DNA of 64,000 nucleotides from a virus (Duplodnaviria; Heunggongvirae; Uroviricota; Caudoviricetes): IMG/VR virus record IMGVR_UViG_3300037067_007156, positions 13,519 to 77,518 of that record; one strand, 5' to 3'. Shown piece by piece: positions 59,871 to 64,000 of this stretch (position 1 is its first letter; each line of letters starts with the position of its first letter). The notes under the pieces were generated by a model. It saw only the letters and a program-made list of their open reading frames with translations, ran no database searches and was not told where the DNA came from. The position numbers and the translations under genes were made by a program.

Positions 59871-61412
59871 ATGGCGTTAGTTAATATATCTGGTCTTGAA
59901 AAAAGTTCTGCTGCTACAAAAGCAGAAACACTTGTAAAATCTTCTGTGGAAACAGTTGCAGGTTCTGCTGATAATAAAGTGTCTGATAATCGACATGGGC
60001 CGAAACGTAATCTCAATACTGGTTATATATCAGGTTATGAAGAAATGAATATACTTGAAGAAAAACGTGCATCAGCTGGTTTGGAAATACAAGCCAGAGA
60101 AATTGGTGATACTTATGACTACATAAGAAATCAACAACAGTCGGATTATGATATAGATAATTTTAAATATGGTTTAGAAAAAACTGATTATCAACACGAA
60201 GACCCGACAATTCTTGGTTTTGAATTATATTTTGATGATACAGATACATCGTCACCATTTTATTATGGGAATGAAAATAAAGTGATGAAATTCTTAAATT
60301 TATATCAAAATATATCAGATATTGCTAAAAGAATTGATTTATTTAACGAATTCAGAAGTGAATTTTTTAAATTATTCAATCCTTTATCAGTTGAAGAAAA
60401 ATTACCATATAGTAGAAAGAATTTTTATATATCGTCTATTAGTGGTATGGACACTCTTGTTAAAAAAATTATAAAATATCCAGAAGATAAAATATCAATT
60501 ACATTAACAGAAGATGTTTCAATGCGTGTTCAATATTTAAGTGAATTATATAATAATTTAATTTATTGTTATAGAAATAACAGGTATATGATACCTGAAC
60601 ATTTACTTAGATTCGACATGTATATTAAAATAAATGATATCAGGAAATTTAAAACTCTAAATCCAGATTATAAAAAAGAAAATAGTATAAGTAAATCTAA
60701 TAACCCATATGTTCTTCAAAATAATCAATCGGTTATGGTTTATATTTTACACGACTGTAATTTAAATTTTTTCAATAGTAAAAATGTTCCAAATGACATA
60801 ACAGTTGCTGGATTTAATGCTGCTATACCAGTTATGTCATCATTAAGTTTTGATATTATATTTAAATCTGTTTCAAAGCGTATAGAACCAAAATTAAGAA
60901 CAAACACATTCTCAATACATAATAAAGATAAGGCGTTATACGAAATAGATAATATAAATAACAGTAAATATTTTCAAAATCAAAAAAATGGTCAGGATTT
61001 AGCTGATTATGACATGCAGAATTTATTCAAATATAATCCACCAGAAGTTGAGAAAAAATATGGTACAACATCTTTGTTAAATAAAAGCAATATTGAAAAT
61101 AACCTAAATACATTGGTCAACACTGTTACAAATACATTTGTAAGAAAAATAAAAGAGGTACGAAACGATTTAATAAATAGATTTTTAACTCAGGTTGAAC
61201 AGAGAACTCTTATAAAAAAAGTACCCGAAGGTGGTAATGTTTACAATGCTGAAGATGTAAATGCAAGACATTTAGCAGAAGAACAAGTAATAACAAGTCT
61301 TAGAAATGAGGTAATAAATGATTTAAATAATTATACCAGAGGTGTTATAAATGATGGTAAATTAAATTTGAACAGTCTTGTTTCGGGATTTGATAAAAAA
61401 ATAGGATTTTAA
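59871..61412 (+). CDS. Putative tail/baseplate structural protein
   Basis: 513 aa in baseplate operon. Confidence 0.5.
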   Translation: MALVNISGLEKSSAATKAETLVKSSVETVAGSADNKVSDNRHGPKRNLNTGYISGYEEMNILEEKRASAGLEIQAREIGDTYDYIRNQQQSDYDIDNFKYGLEKTDYQHEDPTILGFELYFDDTDTSSPFYYGNENKVMKFLNLYQNISDIAKRIDLFNEFRSEFFKLFNPLSVEEKLPYSRKNFYISSISGMDTLVKKIIKYPEDKISITLTEDVSMRVQYLSELYNNLIYCYRNNRYMIPEHLLRFDMYIKINDIRKFKTLNPDYKKENSISKSNNPYVLQNNQSVMVYILHDCNLNFFNSKNVPNDITVAGFNAAIPVMSSLSFDIIFKSVSKRIEPKLRTNTFSIHNKDKALYEIDNINNSKYFQNQKNGQDLADYDMQNLFKYNPPEVEKKYGTTSLLNKSNIENNLNTLVNTVTNTFVRKIKEVRNDLINRFLTQVEQRTLIKKVPEGGNVYNAEDVNARHLAEEQVITSLRNEVINDLNNYTRGVINDGKLNLNSLVSGFDKKIGF

Positions 61413-61419
61413 TTTTTAA

Positions 61420-63156
61420 ATGGATACTTTTTATTCAGGTAAAGTATATTCAGGTGTAGTAGTTGATATTAAAGACCCACGTAGATTGGGTAGAATAAGA
61501 GTCAAAGTTGCTTCAGTATTTGAAGAAATAGATATAACACACATTCCTTGGGCAACACCATATAGAGGTCTTGGTGGAAAAAACTTCCAAGTACCACAAC
61601 TGGGTAAACTGGTTAATGTCGTATTTGAAAATGGTTATATTTATTCGCCTACTTATATTTATACTGAACATTATAATATCAATTTACAAAAAAAATTGGA
61701 AAATCTTAGTGAAGAAGATTATTGTAATTTTATAGCTATATTATTTGACCATAAAACTCAGATGTTTATTGATAATAATGGATTACGAATTGATTATTTA
61801 TATAATCAAATTCTTATTAATGATGAAACTATTTCATTTAGATTAAAAGATAATACACAAGTTTTAAATCTGGGTTCAAGTAATGCTAATCAAGATGCTG
61901 TATTAGGAACGAATTTTTTTGAATGGTTTGATAAATTTGTAAATAAACTTATTATACCAACAACTTTACTTGGAAATTTAGGAGCACCAATTTTAAGACC
62001 CGAATTAGATGTTTTAATGGCAGAATATCAAAGCAAAAAAACAACGTTTCTATCAAAACATGTTAAATTACCAGACAACAATAAAATAGAAAAAGTCCAA
62101 AGAGATATTGAAACGAATGTTGATGAAAATGATAAAGATTTAAAGACAAACGAGCAAGACCCATTTGTACCCGCACAAAAAACTACTGTTAATTCTGAAT
62201 TATTCACAGAAGACGTTAAAGAAAATATAAAAGAAAAAACAGATACTGACCAAACAGAATTAAATGATACCAAACCATCCAGTGTAGCTAAAGTAGATGA
62301 AGTTGATTATCATGAAAATAATTCTGATGCTCCAACAGATATTATTTATATGATTGATGATGATGGTAATATGACTCCATCTTCATATGAAGACTTACAA
62401 AATGAAGAAAAAAATGATTATATTGGAGCAGAAGATACAGATGAAATTAGTTCTCAAATTGTTACTGATGAAAACATCACAACATATGATGAAGAGGTTA
62501 TCGTTGAAGATGATAATTATGGAACTTATATAACATCAAATACTGTCACTAATGAATATAAATCAACTAAACCTATTAATACACCAGCAGGTGTACCGAT
62601 GAAGGATAAAAATGGTAATATTTTAACTGATAAAAATGGTAATATAATTTATGAAAAAGTTGATGTGTATTTAAAAGGAAGATTAGTATCTAAAGAAGAA
62701 TATGTTAAATTTCAAAATCAAAAAGTCATTAAAAAATATTACGAACCATTAAAAAGAATGTTTGATGCAGCTAAAAGTGATGGTATAAATTTAGTTTTAG
62801 TAGATGCTTTCCGTTTTTGGGATGAACAATTTAATTTAAGAGTTCGTAATAAAAAGAAAGATTTCACAACAAAAGAATTAGAAACAAATAGTTCAACAAA
62901 TTACACACCTTACACGGGTCGTCCTGGACAATCATTACATCACTATGGTACGGCATTTGATATTCAAACCAATAATGGTAAAAATAAAGCTTATAAATGG
63001 TTAGTTAAAAATGCTATAAAATATGGATTTGTTAGAACAGTTAAAAGTGAAACATGGCACTGGGAATATCAACCTTGGTTATATAGTTCAATAAATAAAA
63101 ATGACCAATTTGCAATTGTAGATAAAACAGATTCTTCGTGGATGAGTTTGACTTAA
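61420..63156 (+). CDS. gp5/VgrG-like baseplate spike with C-terminal M15 (VanY-like) peptidase
   Basis: YSGVVVDIKDPRRLGRIRVKV...WATP OB-fold; AFR...Q, PGQSLHHYGTAFD, ETWHWEY. Confidence 0.85.
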   Translation: MDTFYSGKVYSGVVVDIKDPRRLGRIRVKVASVFEEIDITHIPWATPYRGLGGKNFQVPQLGKLVNVVFENGYIYSPTYIYTEHYNINLQKKLENLSEEDYCNFIAILFDHKTQMFIDNNGLRIDYLYNQILINDETISFRLKDNTQVLNLGSSNANQDAVLGTNFFEWFDKFVNKLIIPTTLLGNLGAPILRPELDVLMAEYQSKKTTFLSKHVKLPDNNKIEKVQRDIETNVDENDKDLKTNEQDPFVPAQKTTVNSELFTEDVKENIKEKTDTDQTELNDTKPSSVAKVDEVDYHENNSDAPTDIIYMIDDDGNMTPSSYEDLQNEEKNDYIGAEDTDEISSQIVTDENITTYDEEVIVEDDNYGTYITSNTVTNEYKSTKPINTPAGVPMKDKNGNILTDKNGNIIYEKVDVYLKGRLVSKEEYVKFQNQKVIKKYYEPLKRMFDAAKSDGINLVLVDAFRFWDEQFNLRVRNKKKDFTTKELETNSSTNYTPYTGRPGQSLHHYGTAFDIQTNNGKNKAYKWLVKNAIKYGFVRTVKSETWHWEYQPWLYSSINKNDQFAIVDKTDSSWMSLT

Positions 63157-64000
63157 AATGGTAAATCATCTAAATTCGTTTCAGTTTCAGTTGGATAATA
63201 ATTATTTAAAATATAAAATTCATTTTTTTGATTATAACCAATTTTTAATTTATAATCTTCTATATTTTTTTCTTCAGTGAAAATTTCGTTCAATTTTAGA
63301 AGTCTTTCTCGTCTAATATTAGAAGAATTTTGACTCATTATTTCATCAAATGATTTTTCTTGTGTCATTTTGCGTTTTCTATCTTCTATTCGCTTTTTAT
63401 TATACATTGTATTATTTGGAAGTACCATGAATTTTTTTTCTACACAATGTATTACACTACCAATAAATGATTCATATATATTTTCACCGTCCCAAAATAT
63501 ACCACAACAACTTAAATCAACATTTTTTAATAAAGAAATAAAAGAATAACTCATAGAATCAAAATTTGAAATAGATTTAGATACTATTTGTGGTGTTAAA
63601 AATTTAAGTGATGGTCGAATAAACTGAATTTTTTTACCATTGGAATTAATAAACGTTTTTGGTTCAAATATAACATGAATATCATCATACATATTTAATA
63701 TATCCTTGGAATTAATAAACGTTTTTGGTTCAAATATAACATGAATATCATCATACATATTTAATATATCCTTGGAATATAAATCAATAAAAAAATACCC
63801 ATTTTCAGTTATTACATTTATAGCGGTTTGCATAGAATTAGGTAAACATACTATATCAATATCATTGATAACATTTTTTGATATAATATCTCTCAAACTA
63901 CCACCGAATATAACTAAATAATCAGTATCTTTAAATAACAAGGAAGAATCGAATTCTAAATAATTATCCAGTTCTTTTTTAATTTGTTCAGATGATATCA
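63153..64000 (-). CDS. Nucleotidyltransferase (PolyA/CCA head-domain-like), 5' end just outside window
   Basis: IFGGSLRD...NDIDI motif; frame open to window edge. Confidence 0.7.
   Translation of the reverse strand, partial: ISSEQIKKELDNYLEFDSSLLFKDTDYLVIFGGSLRDIISKNVINDIDIVCLPNSMQTAINVITENGYFFIDLYSKDILNMYDDIHVIFEPKTFINSKDILNMYDDIHVIFEPKTFINSNGKKIQFIRPSLKFLTPQIVSKSISNFDSMSYSFISLLKNVDLSCCGIFWDGENIYESFIGSVIHCVEKKFMVLPNNTMYNKKRIEDRKRKMTQEKSFDEIMSQNSSNIRRERLLKLNEIFTEEKNIEDYKLKIGYNQKNEFYILNNYYPTETETNLDDLPF
63640..63778. repeat. Exact 66-bp in-frame tandem duplication
   Basis: 63640-63705 equals 63706-63771, bounded by TTGGAAT; encodes SKDILNMYDDIHVIFEPKTFIN twice. Confidence 0.9.

Noticed and set aside
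108-62273. Short antisense or nested ORFs in the track (e.g. 108..332, 4043..4336, 48147..48512, 57334..57843, 62028..62273)
   Set aside because: Shadow frames of longer real genes, with Ser/Phe/Leu-rich antisense composition.
63640-63771. 66-bp duplication as another array unit
   Set aside because: Same period but an exact whole-unit copy with no similarity to the 36-bp repeat; explained by microhomology.
1-64000. Alternative genetic code (TAG or TGA recoding as in some large phages)
   Set aside because: Long conserved genes are uninterrupted in the standard code and coding density is already high.

Overview
Very AT-rich, densely coding segment of a large (jumbo-type) T4-like myovirus, standard genetic code, probably infecting Bacteroidota (TAnnTTTG -7 promoter boxes, no Shine-Dalgarno sites). 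It carries replication/recombination genes (NAD-dependent ligase, RuvC-like resolvase, gp41-like helicase, UvsX/RecA, an apparently inactive gp47/Mre11, class II RNR with a Gln-ending HNH intein), auxiliary genes (PurA-like, VWA, MazG-NadD fusion, NADAR, Dam-like MTase, peptide deformylase, J-domain, nucleotidyltransferase), baseplate/tail genes, four free-standing endonucleases and a TnpB-only IS605-type element. The most unusual signal is a small ~110-aa gene family with three copies. In two copies (8.7-9.1 kb and 30.5-31.0 kb) the last 12 codons are also the first 36-bp repeat of a cas-less, CRISPR-like 36-bp repeat/30-bp spacer array, so each 66-bp unit is an in-frame alternative C-terminus. 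All calls come from reading motifs by eye; no database searches were run.
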